DNA of 64,000 nt, taken from contig NW_021833052.1 in NCBI RefSeq assembly GCF_006345805.1, positions 22,449 through 86,448 of the forward strand, given 5' to 3'. This document shows, piece after piece, positions 61,628 through 64,000 of this stretch. The position numbers and the translations under genes are program-made. The number at the start of each line of letters is the position of its first letter. Within the stretch, counting starts at the first letter, position 1. The notes under the pieces were generated by a model. That model was not told the DNA's origin. It did not search any database and saw only the letters and a program-made list of their open reading frames with translations. Origin of the DNA: Octopus sinensis (Eukaryota).

Positions 61628-62540
61628 CATTATCATTGTTATCATTATAACTAATGGGACCAGTGAATATTTCAGGGAATTAATGGTAAACTTATTGGGT
61701 TATTTCTGAAAACTTTATCCAAAAGATCTGAAAGTATAGTATGTGTTGTGCTTATATGGAAAGATAGTTGTTCATGTGCTACTCATTAAAAAGTGAAAGA
61801 AATTGGAATGTGATGATTACTTAATGCACTTTATATGTACAGTTTATATATTTCATGCACAAATTTATAGACTTAATAATACACAACACACATGAAATAA
61901 ATATTCATTCTTATTTTTCCATTTTCCTCATAAACAAAAAATATCCTGTACATATGATACAGTCTTTAGTTAAATTGCATTTATTTGCCATGTAAATAAA
62001 CATGAATATTTCACAGAATTGCATTTATGCGCATGCGTTAAAGGATAATTGATGTAAAAAACATAGTTCAATTTTTTTTTTAAATACGCTTTCCACCATC
62101 CAAAAGCCACCGCTACTTCCGGAATGACATGCAGAATTATTATAAGATTATTATTATAAGGATGCATGGCATAGTGGTTAGGGTGTTGCACGGTTTCAAA
62201 TTCCTAGTCCTGGTGGTGTGTTGTGTTCTTGAGCGAAAGATTTCATCTCACGTAGCTCAGTGATCACTTCGACACCTGACGTGTGGAACACCGTGCGCCT
62301 GTTCGGCTAATGTGCGGCACAAAACATTTGATCAATATAAACAGGGTCGATAAATTAAATAGCAGTAGAGTACTGGGGTCCATGTAATCGACTTACTCCT
62401 CTCCCGAATTCTAGGCCTTGTGCCTATAGTAGAAAGGATTATTATATTATTATTATTATTATTATTATTCAGTAGTTTTATTTTTATAGCGTGCTTTCAC
62501 TTCACTACCGAGCGCAATTATTATTATTATTATTATTATG

Positions 62541-62578
<38 letters not shown>

Positions 62579-62625
62579 CATCATCATCATCATCATCATC
62601 ACATCATCATCATATCAGATTATTA

Positions 62626-62664
<39 letters not shown>

Positions 62665-62669
62665 TATTA

Positions 62670-63125
62670 TTGAGTGAGAGAGCATTGCATGCCATCGAAG
62701 TGACACTGGGTAAAAAATACGAAGCCCAATATACCCATTAATGACTACCCTCTGACAAGGGTACGCCAGACACATGCATCACAACCATACGTGCGCGACA
62801 TGGTAAACTCATATCAAGATTAATAGCGCATGATCTTGCAGGTGGGGCCCAGTTAGAATTTTCTTCTGGTCGAGTAGCCCATCCCACTCAAAAGCTGTCT
62901 GAATAAGGGTTGTTTAAGGATGTTTCCAGGGGTGAATTATCTAAATCCCATAGAATTCCTCTCTAGACAAGTCTATGATGCTCCCCCACTATTTGTGCTT
63001 GTGATCAGAGATGCACATATCGTCAGCCACTAAGGGACATGCTCACCTGATTAAGGTCGAACAACTGACAAGCAAATCTGTGGTATTGAGCAGAATATTT
63101 GCTGTAGCCTATCTTTTATACCAAT
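62670..63125 (-). mobile_element. TAA-tailed retroposon copy in ATT repeats
   Basis: Reverse complement of the 28790/46063 family. (ATT)n tract at 62520-62670. Confidence 0.8.
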
Positions 63126-63134
63126 TATTATTAC

Positions 63135-63320
63135 GGAATTCTGAGTTCAATTTCCGCCGAGGTCGACTTTGTCTTCTATCCTGTTGGGGTCGATAAATTA
63201 AGTACTAGTGAAACAATGGGGCTACTGTAATCGACTAGCCCCTTCGTCCACAATTTCAGGCCCTGGGACTATAGTAGAAAGGATTATTATCATTATTATT
63301 TATTATTATTATTATTATTA

Positions 63321-63354
<34 letters not shown>

Positions 63355-63476
63355 TTATTATTACTATTATTATTAGTATTATCATCATCATTATTATTAT
63401 TATTATTATTTCATTATTACTATTATTATTAATATTATTATTATTATTTTATTATAATTATCATTATTATTATTAT

Positions 63477-63517
<41 letters not shown>

Positions 63518-63540
63518 TTATTATCATCGTCATCATCATC
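63135..63540 (+). mobile_element. SINE 3' fragment followed by a long (ATT)/(ACT)/(CAT) tail
   Basis: TTCTGAGTTCAATTTCCGCCGAGGTCGAC core, then CAGGCCCTGGGACTATAGTAGAAAGG and (ATT)n. Confidence 0.7.
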
Positions 63541-64000
63541 GTGTTCATCGGATTCTGAATTTCATATAATCAAGACAAAACAAAGCATGAAAACAGAAAA
63601 AAAAGACATGACAACATTTAAAATGGCGTTCAAAATAATTGTACGCTTAAAGGAATACGTCGTCGATTATTATGATACGTCAGCCTTTGAATTCTAAATC
63701 AATAAGGTCCCTTTCCCTGAAGTATAGTGATTCTTGCATCAAATGAAGCAGAAGTCAATGCGTAATTATAATTTCTTAAAAGTCTTAGATTCTTTCTTCT
63801 TCGTATGAACAAGTAGTTCCATTTTATCAGGATAAGCCTGCAAGGAAAGGGTCGCACATTAACGCTATTACAACAGTTTGGAGGCTTATTTTTGAAGCTT
63901 GATCAGTCACAATGAGGACAGGATCTGTCAATATCTTCCATTATTACAGTTCAGTAGCAGCTTGTATATTTTAATATCATTATCATACAAGTATGATACA

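Overview
Eukaryotic, AT-rich and extremely microsatellite- and transposon-rich DNA. The SINE families and (TA/GATA/ATT)n load best fit an Octopus-like cephalopod genome; this is inferred from recall, not from a search. No intact protein-coding gene is visible. Nearly all ORFs in the supplied track are translations of simple repeats, and only one candidate host exon stands out (26.5-26.6 kb, minus strand). Recognisable content: (1) at least three tRNA-type SINE lineages with shuffled tails; (2) fossils of mariner, hAT (Buster/Charlie-like), Helentron, Helitron, R4/Dong-like, Tx1-like and Penelope-like elements; (3) Merlin-like MITEs carrying TTAGGG repeats; (4) a 2.6-kb non-autonomous Helitron with a 69-bp/23-aa STPR-like repeat array; (5) a ~12-kb ACC/ATC/AAC array next to a ~1.9-kb GAT array. 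The most notable signal is a dense set of type-I hammerhead ribozyme motifs: three essentially complete ones (48.66, 55.18 and 58.97 kb), four minimal dimer-type ones, and several decayed ones. One sits in a 566-nt unit with a 35-nt terminal redundancy whose relatives read through the junction (retrozyme- or Penelope-pLTR-like, possibly copied from a circular RNA). Another sits in the loop of a 115-bp inverted repeat. All family assignments are by eye; no database search or folding was run.
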